Origin: Halothiobacillaceae bacterium UBA5861
Lineage (GTDB): Bacteria > Pseudomonadota > Gammaproteobacteria > UBA5861
Direction: 5' to 3'
Assembly (NCBI GenBank): GCA_002432635.1
Contig: DJFX01000012.1
Coordinates: 112-64,111, forward strand
Length of the DNA stretch: 64,000 bases
Position 1 is the stretch's first letter. Every line of letters starts with the position of its first letter. Positions 18,445 to 27,229 of this stretch are shown one piece after another. The translations under genes were made by a program, and so were the position numbers. Below the pieces are notes generated by a model that searched no databases, was not told where the DNA came from, and saw only the letters and a program-made list of their open reading frames with translations.

Positions 18445-19407
18445 TTAACTCAACGCGCCGCCACAGCTCGACCCCTGGCCTGCCGTACACCCATAGCAAT
18501 GGTCCGCTGTGGCAATCGGCAACCCGTACAGCTTCGCCTCAATTAATTCTTTAATGTGCCTGCGCTTAAGTGCATTACCCGACAGAGGCATGTTTAACAT
18601 TTGATTAAAATCGCAATCATAGACATATCCATTGTAATCCACACTGATCGTCGTACGGCACATGACTTCTTCGAGATTATCGTCATTGTGAGACGATTTC
18701 AGCAGGGACATGTAGTCTTCAAACTGGCCGCGGGAAACCAGTGTGCTGCCAAAACGCTGAATCGGCAGGTTAGCCAGCACCAGCAGGGAGTTAAATGTGA
18801 CATCAAAATGCTCTGACAGATGGCTTTTATAATCGGCCTCCAGACCTGTTTGACCGGGAGGCAGCACCGGCCCTTGAGGGTTATAAACCAAATCCAGTAC
18901 AAGCCCGGAACCCGCTTTACCGTAGCCTAACTGATTCAATTTTTGTAGCCCACGGATGCTCGGCCAATACACATTTTTACCTCGTTGCGCTTTTACATTT
19001 TCTTCCAAATAGCAGGGAAGCGATGCAACGATGTGGATGCAATTTTCGGCCAAAAACTCAGCCAACGCTTCTTGTCCGGGCTCTTCGAGCACTGTCAGAT
19101 TACAGCGGTCGATAATGTGCATACCGAGGTTTTTCCCGGCCTCCACCAAGTAGTAAAACTGCGAGTTCAACTCGGGCGCTCCTCCGGTTAAATCGAGCGT
19201 TTTTACACCGCTGGCTTGCATAAACTCGATCACTTGATCGGCCGTTTTCCGGTCCATCATTTCTGTGCGTTTAGGTCCTGCATTGACGTGGCAATGCAAG
19301 CATGACAGGTTGCAGTAATAACCAAGATTGACCTGTATGACTTCTAAATGTGATCGTTTGATCGGAGGAAAATCAGAGACTTTGAGTAACGGGTAGGTAT
19401 CATGCAT
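18445..19407 (-). CDS. arsS: ArsS-type radical SAM protein with Cys-rich C-terminus (TIGR04167/DUF3641)
   Basis: CNLSCLHC, DLTGGAPE, ASLPCY, YDCDFNQ and HCYGCTAGQGSSCGG motifs. Confidence 0.88.
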   Translation of the reverse strand: MHDTYPLLKVSDFPPIKRSHLEVIQVNLGYYCNLSCLHCHVNAGPKRTEMMDRKTADQVIEFMQASGVKTLDLTGGAPELNSQFYYLVEAGKNLGMHIIDRCNLTVLEEPGQEALAEFLAENCIHIVASLPCYLEENVKAQRGKNVYWPSIRGLQKLNQLGYGKAGSGLVLDLVYNPQGPVLPPGQTGLEADYKSHLSEHFDVTFNSLLVLANLPIQRFGSTLVSRGQFEDYMSLLKSSHNDDNLEEVMCRTTISVDYNGYVYDCDFNQMLNMPLSGNALKRRHIKELIEAKLYGLPIATADHCYGCTAGQGSSCGGALS

Positions 19408-19512
19408 AAATGCTCCAGTACAGCTGGGATGTTTATTGATTTTTCTATGGAGACTCAGACCAGCTGAAAAAGTTCCTTTTTAACGAGGTGGGAAGGTAGC
19501 AACGCTGTGCGA

Positions 19513-21603
19513 TCAAGCGGGTTCGCTTTCAGCCGTGAGGGGATGGGGCAAGCCTAAGCGGTACCCTTGCCCATAATTGATGCCGATTTCCAGCAGCGCT
19601 TTTATGATTGGCTCACTACTGACATATTCAGCAATGGTTTTGACGCCCAAGGTGCATGCTACCGAGTGAATGGCTTCCACCACAGAGCGATCCACTGCAC
19701 TGTGTGTGATCGACTGTACTAAACGGCCATCAATTTTGATGTAATCGACCGGTAATTTTTTCAATGTGCCAAATGAGGAAAAACCCGTGCCGAAACCGTC
19801 CAGAGCAACCCGACAACCCAACTGTTTTAGCTCTGTGAGAAAAGGCAGAACAGAAGCCATATTACGAACAACGACCGTTTCATCGATTTCAAAGCAAATT
19901 TTGCTCGCAGGAACTTGATATTTATTCAGGTGTTGATGAATAAAACTGGGAAGTGTTTTATCGCTCACGACGGTTCCGGAAAGGTTAATCGACAAGCTAC
20001 TGACCGGCCTTTTATGCATCATCACCTCATTGAAATGATGAAATGCCTTGTCAATCACCCAGCGATCAATTTTTGTCATCACCCCGTATCGCTCAGCAGC
20101 AGGAATGAAGGACCCTGGAGGCAAGAGTTTGCCATCGTTACGGGGGCTCAACCGAAGCAGTATTTCGTAGAGCTCCACTCGGTTGTTTTTTTCAGGCAAT
20201 GACTTAATCGGTTGGCAGTACAATTCAAACCGGTTGTCTCTTAACGCCCGGTTGAGGTCAGAAACTTTTTGGTTCTCTGTCAGCCTCACTTTCCCCACCG
20301 GCTCGTCAGGGGTGTAAATTTGCAAGCGGTTGCGGCCTTTATCCTTTGCCTGGTAACAAGCTATATCGGCCTGGTGAATCAAGGTTTCTGTATCTTTTGC
20401 CAACACGTCAATAGTAACCAGCCCAATACTGCAACCCACTTCAAACGAATAATTTTCCCACGTGAAGCGAAAGTCACTGACGGTTTCAATTAAGCCCTGC
20501 GCCAGACGAGTCGCGCGATCAGGGGGGCAGTGCTCCAGCAATAACGCAAACTCATCCCCCCCGATCCGGGCCAAGGTATCCCGTCCACGGACCTGTCCTG
20601 ACAAAAGCGCCGTAAGCTGGCGCAAGAGTTCGTCACCGGCCAAGTGCCCCACAGTGTCATTGACAAGCTTGAAGCGATCCAGATCAATGTAACATAAGGC
20701 ATGCTCATACCCCCGCTCGCGGGCACCAGTGATGGCGACTTGCAACCGCTGTTCGAATTCCTCACGATTTACCAGGCCCGTTAAAGAATCATGAGTGGCC
20801 TGATAAGCAATTTTATTAGCGATCGCATTCCACTCAGTGACATCTGAAAAGAGCAACACAACGCCGCGCAATGAACCCTGGCTATCCAACATGGGAGAAG
20901 CTGTTTGCTGAATCGCGTATTCTTTCCCTTCCCGATTCAGCAAGATAACGGTGCCACAATTAATCTCTTTTCTTTGCGAAAGGCACGCCATGACCGGGCT
21001 GTCAATTTTTGCACCGCCAGGCTCTGCTGACAGGTGCATCACCTCATCAATCGCATGTTCGCTGACTTGATCAGCCAATACTGACAACAACCTTTCTGCC
21101 ACCGGATTAATGTATTGGATCTGTCCGCGTGTATCGGTGGCAATAATCCCGCTACTGACCGCCTGGCACATCAACTGAAAGCGCTCTTTCTCTAACGCCA
21201 GGATATCCCGCTCCTGAAGTGTCGCATCTTCATTGTTCAAACAAAGCAGGAGACAATACTGCTTTCCCTCTTTTATTCTCACCGCAGTCATGCCAACCTT
21301 AAGCCGTTGATGGCTCTCGGTATTCAAGCACTCGACAACTCGCCGGCCTGAGCAGCCTCTACGAATGGCAGTCACCAGCATTGACGCTACCGACGACTGC
21401 GCGTCTTCCGGGAAAAATGATTGAAATTGGCGCGCTTTTATTTGCGCAATCTCCAGGCCCAGCACCTGGGTTGCACTTGGACTCGCACAGAGTACCCGGT
21501 CGGATGCCGAATCTACCAACAAATAAACATCGCTGGCACAGCCAAACATTTGATCAAAAATGAGGTCCACCTGATCCGACCCACACAGAAGCTTATCTGT
21601 CAT
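19513..21603 (-). CDS. PAS-PAS-GGDEF-EAL c-di-GMP signalling protein
   Basis: Two PAS-like regions; HDSLTGLVNR and ARIGGDEF; EAL region with EILLR, DGFGTG and QGY. Confidence 0.93.
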   Translation of the reverse strand: MTDKLLCGSDQVDLIFDQMFGCASDVYLLVDSASDRVLCASPSATQVLGLEIAQIKARQFQSFFPEDAQSSVASMLVTAIRRGCSGRRVVECLNTESHQRLKVGMTAVRIKEGKQYCLLLCLNNEDATLQERDILALEKERFQLMCQAVSSGIIATDTRGQIQYINPVAERLLSVLADQVSEHAIDEVMHLSAEPGGAKIDSPVMACLSQRKEINCGTVILLNREGKEYAIQQTASPMLDSQGSLRGVVLLFSDVTEWNAIANKIAYQATHDSLTGLVNREEFEQRLQVAITGARERGYEHALCYIDLDRFKLVNDTVGHLAGDELLRQLTALLSGQVRGRDTLARIGGDEFALLLEHCPPDRATRLAQGLIETVSDFRFTWENYSFEVGCSIGLVTIDVLAKDTETLIHQADIACYQAKDKGRNRLQIYTPDEPVGKVRLTENQKVSDLNRALRDNRFELYCQPIKSLPEKNNRVELYEILLRLSPRNDGKLLPPGSFIPAAERYGVMTKIDRWVIDKAFHHFNEVMMHKRPVSSLSINLSGTVVSDKTLPSFIHQHLNKYQVPASKICFEIDETVVVRNMASVLPFLTELKQLGCRVALDGFGTGFSSFGTLKKLPVDYIKIDGRLVQSITHSAVDRSVVEAIHSVACTLGVKTIAEYVSSEPIIKALLEIGINYGQGYRLGLPHPLTAESEPA

Positions 21604-22033
21604 GGCCCAGACGCAACCACTCTGATTTTACGCCACAGAAGTGGGCGCTTTGGCAATGAATGGAAGCAATAGATGCTCTCGACACTGTGAAACTGGCAAC
21701 ACACTTCATTTCCCAACACAAATTTTCACCTCTTCAGTCAAAAAAGCCGAATGATCAGGTGCCCACCGTCCATGCTAGACCAGCCTATATTATTGTTTTT
21801 CAAGTAACTGACCGCTCAATTCTACACTATTCTAATAATAGACAACTATTATCGATAATTGGAAAACATATAAGCATCTGCTATCTGACACATGAAAACG
21901 TTTATCCTGATAAAATGCACGTTTGTACTTTTTTAATCATCACGGTGGAGTGATCTATGGCGCTTTGGTCAAAACTGGCCACCACCCATTAACTTAATAT
22001 GCCACGATAACAACAGACAAAACTCATTAACCT

Positions 22034-22909
22034 ATGCATTTAACCGCTCAAGCATTTCGCGCCTGGCGCAATAAACGTATCACCTTACTGGGCATGTCGG
22101 GTGTCGGCAAAACCCACCTATCCACCCAACTCAGATCGTATAACTGGTTCCATTACTCAGGTGATTACCGGATAGGTACCCGCTATCTTGACGAGGCGAT
22201 TCTCGACTTAATCAAACAACAAGCAATGAAAACGCCTTTTTTAAAGCAACTGCTGCGCAATGACTGGATTTATATCCGCAACAACATTCGAGTAGATGAC
22301 CTTGGCCCTGTGCTGAGCTTTGTAGGCAAACTGGGTAACCCTGAAAAAGGGGGCGTTGAATTGAGTGAATTCATGAGTCGGCAGGCCCAATACCGCTGTG
22401 CTGAAATTGAATCCATGCGAGATGTACCCGCATTTATAGAAAAGGCACAAACGGTGTACGGCTATCAACATTTTGTCAACGATGTTGGCGGCAGCCTGTG
22501 TGAACTGGATGAACCGGGCATCATTGAGTTACTAGCAAAACACACATTGATTATCTATATCAAAACCACGGGGCCTCAAGAAGAGGAGGTTTTAATCCAG
22601 CGTGCTCAGTCAGACCCTAAACCGCTGTACTACCGCCCTGCCTTTTTACAGGAGTATTTATCACACTATTTAAATGAAAAGGGGCTCCTGTACGCTGCGG
22701 AGATGGACCCTGATGACTTCACCCGCTGGATCTTCCCGCACCTGTTCCGGTCCCGGTTACCTCGCTACGAAGCGATCACTCAGGCTTATGGCTATACCGT
22801 CACATCACGCGACATAGCGACTTTACGGGACGAGCAAGACTTTTTACAACTGGTTGAAGCCGCCCTGGAAAACCCGGAAGGAAAGCAAGATGCCCCTGGT
22901 CGCACATAA
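22034..22909 (+). CDS. Uncharacterised P-loop ATPase/kinase-like protein
   Basis: Walker A GMSGVGKT near the N-terminus; DYRIGTRY, NDVGGSLCE and PKPLYY segments. Confidence 0.8.
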   Translation: MHLTAQAFRAWRNKRITLLGMSGVGKTHLSTQLRSYNWFHYSGDYRIGTRYLDEAILDLIKQQAMKTPFLKQLLRNDWIYIRNNIRVDDLGPVLSFVGKLGNPEKGGVELSEFMSRQAQYRCAEIESMRDVPAFIEKAQTVYGYQHFVNDVGGSLCELDEPGIIELLAKHTLIIYIKTTGPQEEEVLIQRAQSDPKPLYYRPAFLQEYLSHYLNEKGLLYAAEMDPDDFTRWIFPHLFRSRLPRYEAITQAYGYTVTSRDIATLRDEQDFLQLVEAALENPEGKQDAPGRT

Positions 22910-23969
22910 CGCACTGCCCACGTTTGAAAAGCTTCATAAAGAAGGCCAAACCGTCCTCTCTGTCGACAAAGCACTCAATCAAGACATCCGGGACCTGCAC
23001 ATTGGCCTGCTCAACATCATGCCAGACACCGCCTTGGCCGCTACAGAGCGCCAATTCATGCGCCTTATTGGAAAAAGCAACCCCATTGCCCAGTTTTATG
23101 TCCACTTATTCACACTGCCTGAACTCAAACGCAGTGAGGACGCTCAGCAGCACATTGATGCCTACTACGAATCTTTTGAAGACATTCAGTCCCGAGGACT
23201 GGACTCACTGATTATCACCGGGGCCGCACCACAAAGCGAATCATTACCCAATGAGCCTTTCTGGTCGCCACTGTTCGAAGTCATTGACTGGGCGCACGAA
23301 AATGTCACATCAACACTTTGCTCATGCCTGACCACGCACGCCATACTTCAGGGGCGCTACCAACAGATGCGCAAGCCCCTGGTTCAAAAAGCCTGGGGCG
23401 TCTTCCCTCACTGGGTCACCAACAAGGAACACCCACTGGTCAGTGATATCAACACTCACTTCGACGTACCGCACTCCCGGTGGAACGCGGTCACGCGCAG
23501 CCAGTTCGATGCTGCTGGCCTGCATACGCTTGTCGAAAGTGAAACAGGTGTACACCTTGCCACCAGCCCCGACGGGATCCGTACGGTCTTCTTCCAAGGG
23601 CACCCCGAATACGATACGATCTCTTTATTGAAAGAGTACAAGCGCGAAGCACAGCGCTATGCCCGTGGCGAGGTAGAAATGCCTCCCGCGTTTCCGGAGC
23701 ACTATTTCAAGACACAGGAAAAAGCAATATTAACGGAATACATCGGCCGGCTGACAGACGCCCGACACGACAAACACAAGGCAATACCTGATTTTCCTGA
23801 AACCAAAATTGCCAAGCGATTACAAAACACATGGACGGATACAGCCACCGCTGTGATTGGCAACTGGATGGGCTGCGTCTACCAACTGACCCACCGTGAA
23901 CGGAAAAAACCTTTTATGGACGGCATCAACCCCAATAACCCACTCAAGCTGCCATTTGTGGCCGAATAA
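22890..23969 (+). CDS. metA: Homoserine O-acyltransferase, MetA family
   Basis: QDIRDLHIGLLNIMPD, ATERQF, LIITGA, catalytic Cys in CSCL, PHSR and QGHPEY motifs. Confidence 0.88.
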   Translation: MPLVAHNALPTFEKLHKEGQTVLSVDKALNQDIRDLHIGLLNIMPDTALAATERQFMRLIGKSNPIAQFYVHLFTLPELKRSEDAQQHIDAYYESFEDIQSRGLDSLIITGAAPQSESLPNEPFWSPLFEVIDWAHENVTSTLCSCLTTHAILQGRYQQMRKPLVQKAWGVFPHWVTNKEHPLVSDINTHFDVPHSRWNAVTRSQFDAAGLHTLVESETGVHLATSPDGIRTVFFQGHPEYDTISLLKEYKREAQRYARGEVEMPPAFPEHYFKTQEKAILTEYIGRLTDARHDKHKAIPDFPETKIAKRLQNTWTDTATAVIGNWMGCVYQLTHRERKKPFMDGINPNNPLKLPFVAE

Positions 23970-23985
23970 CATCATGGGATATACA

Positions 23986-24594
23986 ATGCGAACACAGCCT
24001 ACTCTTCTTGCGCTGATCATGGCGCTTTTCATCCCTCTTGCCTGTGACGCTCAACTCACTCCCCTGGAGACCAGCCAACACTTTTGGCGCGCCATTGAGC
24101 AACGTGATATGGCCACACTCAAACTTTATGTAATGTCGCCTGGAACACTGAGCGATGAACCACAAAAACTGGCTGTTTCAGACATCACATTTGGCAAAAT
24201 TGTTATCGACGGAGATGCCGCGACCGTAGAAACCATGCTCACAATCCAGGACGACACCGCCTTTCGCACCCAGCTGGAAACCCAGCTTCAAAAAACAGAA
24301 GGCGCCTGGAAAGTCGATTATGATCGAACGATCAATAAACTTGCCCAAATGGACTCCAAAGAAAAAATGCTCGGCAACATCAAGGAGCTTGGAAAAATAT
24401 TGAGCGACAGCATCGACAGCTCGGTCCAGGAACTTCACAAGCAGTGGCCAGAACTCAAACGACAACTCGAAGAACTGGAAGAAAAAACCAAGGCAAAACT
24501 CCCTGAGCTTGAACAGAAACTTGATGAAATCCGTAAAAAAATTGAAGAAGGCTTTAAAAACCAGGAAGAAAAACCCGAAGGGCTATCCATTTAA
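23986..24594 (+). CDS. Putative lipoprotein with NTF2-like N-domain and coiled-coil tail
   Basis: Signal peptide with lipobox-like PLAC; GAWKVD strand; E/K-rich heptad C-terminus. Confidence 0.6.
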   Translation: MRTQPTLLALIMALFIPLACDAQLTPLETSQHFWRAIEQRDMATLKLYVMSPGTLSDEPQKLAVSDITFGKIVIDGDAATVETMLTIQDDTAFRTQLETQLQKTEGAWKVDYDRTINKLAQMDSKEKMLGNIKELGKILSDSIDSSVQELHKQWPELKRQLEELEEKTKAKLPELEQKLDEIRKKIEEGFKNQEEKPEGLSI

Positions 24595-24816
24595 TACCTC
24601 ATCGCTCATCACCACCCATGCTAACGCCGCCTCACTCAAACGATTAAAAGCGAAGGCGTTAAAAGCTCCCCTGTAAAAACTCCTTTGACAACAATCATCT
24701 AAGTACCTTATTCGCTTAATTTGCTATAGTTACCTGTTGGGTCAATCATTCTTATACAGGATTGACCGCTCATTGAAATGAAAGAACGTTCACCATTAGT
24801 TAACGGGGACATCTAA

Positions 24817-25884
24817 TTGAGACGCACAGAGAAAACCTTACTGGAGCAAATGCAGATCAGCGACGTGGAAATTGCACGGCGTATGGAGTTGTTAAATCTC
24901 GATAAAAACGCACTCGACCTGTTGTGTGGCCAGCAACGTCTTGTTGAAGAAAATATTGATGCCATCGTCGAAGAGTTTTACAAAAGACAAACAGAAATTG
25001 ACGAAATTGCACTACTCATCGGTGATGCCGACACATTAAGACGCTTACGCAACGCTCAACGTCAGTATGTCATCGACCTCTTCTCAGGGAACTGCAACAG
25101 CGAATATGTTAACAATCGCCTACGTATTGGAATGGTTCATAAGCGTATTGGGGTGGAGCCCAAACTTTACCTGTCCGCAGTCAAAACACTAAAAGAACTG
25201 GTCCTGAGGGTCTTAAAAGAAAATATCGAAAAAGAAACATTCCTAAAAGTCGCTGATGCACTGGACAAACTCCTTTACTTTGACACCACACTTGTCTTTG
25301 ACACTTACATTGACAGCCTGGTTGGGGAAATAGAGACCGCCAAAAAAAGAACCGAAGAATATGCCAAAAGCCTGGAAGACAAAGTAGCAGAAAGAACGAA
25401 GCAGCTCGAGGAGCAGGCCAAACTTGACCCATTGACCAATTTATATAATCAACGCGCAATGCAAGATGCCTTCAAACGGGAATTGGCCACGGCAAAGCGA
25501 CGGAGAAGTAAACTTTCACTGATCTATCTTGATATTGATTGCTTCAAAAAAATCAATGACGAATACGGTCATATCAGAGGCGATGAAGTCCTCAAACACC
25601 TCGGTAAAACGCTACTCAACACCATTCGTGAAATGGATATTCCCTGCCGATACGGAGGCGATGAGTTTTGCATCATATTGCCAGACTGTACCATTGAAAA
25701 TGCGCAGGAAGTTTCCAATCGAATCATCCATTCATTTTCTGAAAAATACCCGGAATTTTCGCTCAGCATCGGCATTGCTGAGACGGGATCGGAAGAATAC
25801 AGTGATGAAAATACACTGATAAAGTCGGCCGATAAGAAAATGTACCTGGCCAAAAAACAAACCGGCTCCTATATCTGCCACTAA
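24817..25884 (+). CDS. Globin-coupled diguanylate cyclase
   Basis: Sensor globin (FY B10 Tyr, IGMVHKRIG proximal His) followed by DPLTNLYN, RxxD (REMD) and RYGGDEF. Confidence 0.9.
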   Translation: MRRTEKTLLEQMQISDVEIARRMELLNLDKNALDLLCGQQRLVEENIDAIVEEFYKRQTEIDEIALLIGDADTLRRLRNAQRQYVIDLFSGNCNSEYVNNRLRIGMVHKRIGVEPKLYLSAVKTLKELVLRVLKENIEKETFLKVADALDKLLYFDTTLVFDTYIDSLVGEIETAKKRTEEYAKSLEDKVAERTKQLEEQAKLDPLTNLYNQRAMQDAFKRELATAKRRRSKLSLIYLDIDCFKKINDEYGHIRGDEVLKHLGKTLLNTIREMDIPCRYGGDEFCIILPDCTIENAQEVSNRIIHSFSEKYPEFSLSIGIAETGSEEYSDENTLIKSADKKMYLAKKQTGSYICH

Positions 25885-25929
25885 TACCTGCACGGCGCAA
25901 TAAAATAGCGAAGCCTCCCACCTGCCGTT

Positions 25930-26270
25930 GGTTCCCCCAATCTCGACAAAACAGAACGGGGTCACGCTGATCATTGCCCATTCACGGGTACGTTTGATTT
26001 ATTGACATCCCTACCCCTATCCAGCAGCTTACTTTCAAAACAAATAAAACGCATGGCCTTAATCTCACCTCACCACGAAACCGGCCATTACAGACATATT
26101 GCCTCCGCCGAGTTAAGATTTGGGGGCCTAGAGAGCCAACTGCGTACACTCTGCCACGAACCGAGTGTGCATTATTTTGACTCGAACACTGTTATTTTCT
26201 CAAGCAAAGTAGATAGTATTCATCTGGACCAAACGGAACACTCCCAGCTTGGAGAGCGATGGCAAACGCT
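25930..26270 (+). pseudogene. Degraded SGNH/GDSL hydrolase remnant (boundaries approximate)
   Basis: YFDSNTVIFSSKVDSIHLDQTEHSQLGE resembles GDSL block V (DxxH); there is no intact N-terminal GDS block or plausible start. Confidence 0.5.
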
Positions 26271-26330
26271 GCGCTTGAAAAAGAGCTGGTTTAATACCCA
26301 CGGAACAGACACATACAACAGGAGCTTGTT

Positions 26331-26702
26331 ATGGAACTCGGCGCTTTTTCAATCAGTCTGGCGGTAAAAGATCTTAATACATCAAAACAATTTTACGAAA
26401 AACTGGGGTTTACTGTTTTTGGTGGAGACCCTACACAAAACTGGCTCATTTTAAAAAATGGCGACCATACGATTGGACTCTTCCAAGGCATGTTTGAAGA
26501 AAACATCCTCACCTTCAATCCTGGATGGGACAGTCACGCCCAACCTCTGAATACATTTACCGATGTTCGCGAACTGCAACGTCAGCTCAAAGCACAAGGC
26601 ATAACCTTTGCGACCGAGGCCGATGAAAATACCACAGGCCCCGCCAGCTTTGTCATTGCCGACCCCGACGGCAACACGATCCTGGTGGACCAACACCGCT
26701 AG
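26331..26702 (+). CDS. VOC family protein
   Basis: [27 protein letters not shown] and DPDGN motifs; AGGAG RBS. Confidence 0.9.
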   Translation: MELGAFSISLAVKDLNTSKQFYEKLGFTVFGGDPTQNWLILKNGDHTIGLFQGMFEENILTFNPGWDSHAQPLNTFTDVRELQRQLKAQGITFATEADENTTGPASFVIADPDGNTILVDQHR

Positions 26703-26728
26703 CAAATACGCGCACATCCTTTGATCAC

Positions 26729-27196
26729 ATGACACCGGCCATACAGCTCCTCAAACAACGTCGTATTGAACACCGGGTACACCGGTATACGCATGCCCCC
26801 ATGAGCCATGCATATGGCCTCGAAGCTGCCGAAAAACTCGGCATTCCCACAACACGCGTCTTCAAAACCCTGGTTGTACAGCTGGACAAGCAAGCATTCG
26901 CTGTGGGAGTCATCCCTGTTTCGACCACGCTCAGCATGAAAGCCATCGCAAAAGCCGCAGGCGCTAAAAAAGCCAACATGGCACTTCCCATCGATGTCGA
27001 ACGGACAACCGGTTATGTCTTGGGGGGCGTCAGCCCACTGGGGCAAAAAAAACGTTTAGCGACACTGATTGACCGCTCCGCGCAAACGCTCGAAACTCTC
27101 TATATCAGCGCGGGACGGCGCGGGCTCGAAATTGAACTTAAGCCAGATGATTTACAAAAGCTTGTGGATGGAACCTTCACAAGCCTCTGCGCCTAA
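26729..27196 (+). CDS. ybaK: Cys-tRNA(Pro) deacylase
   Basis: MTPAI, VFKTL, TTGYVLGGVSPLGQKK and SAGRRGLEIEL motifs. Confidence 0.95.
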   Translation: MTPAIQLLKQRRIEHRVHRYTHAPMSHAYGLEAAEKLGIPTTRVFKTLVVQLDKQAFAVGVIPVSTTLSMKAIAKAAGAKKANMALPIDVERTTGYVLGGVSPLGQKKRLATLIDRSAQTLETLYISAGRRGLEIELKPDDLQKLVDGTFTSLCA

Positions 27197-27229
27197 ATTA
27201 AACAGGAAACCACCAAACTATACGCCGAT

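Noticed and set aside
18445..18500. Selenocysteine in the ArsS C-terminal GSS(C/U)GG motif
   Set aside because: The codon is TGT (Cys) and the ORF ends at TAA, so this is the Cys form.
21604..22033. SAM or c-di-GMP riboswitch in the 430-bp divergent gap before the P-loop gene and metA
   Set aside because: It is AT-rich with no conserved riboswitch core that I can recognise; an Rfam/Infernal scan would be needed to exclude one fully.
22854..22909. Programmed frameshift fusing the P-loop protein to MetA
   Set aside because: A purine-rich RBS (GGAAGGAAAG) precedes ATG 22890, so ordinary translational coupling explains the overlap.
24619..24665. TAACGCC...GGCGTTA inverted repeat as a second attC site
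   Set aside because: It is too short (under 50 bp) and has no paired L boxes; more likely a simple hairpin.
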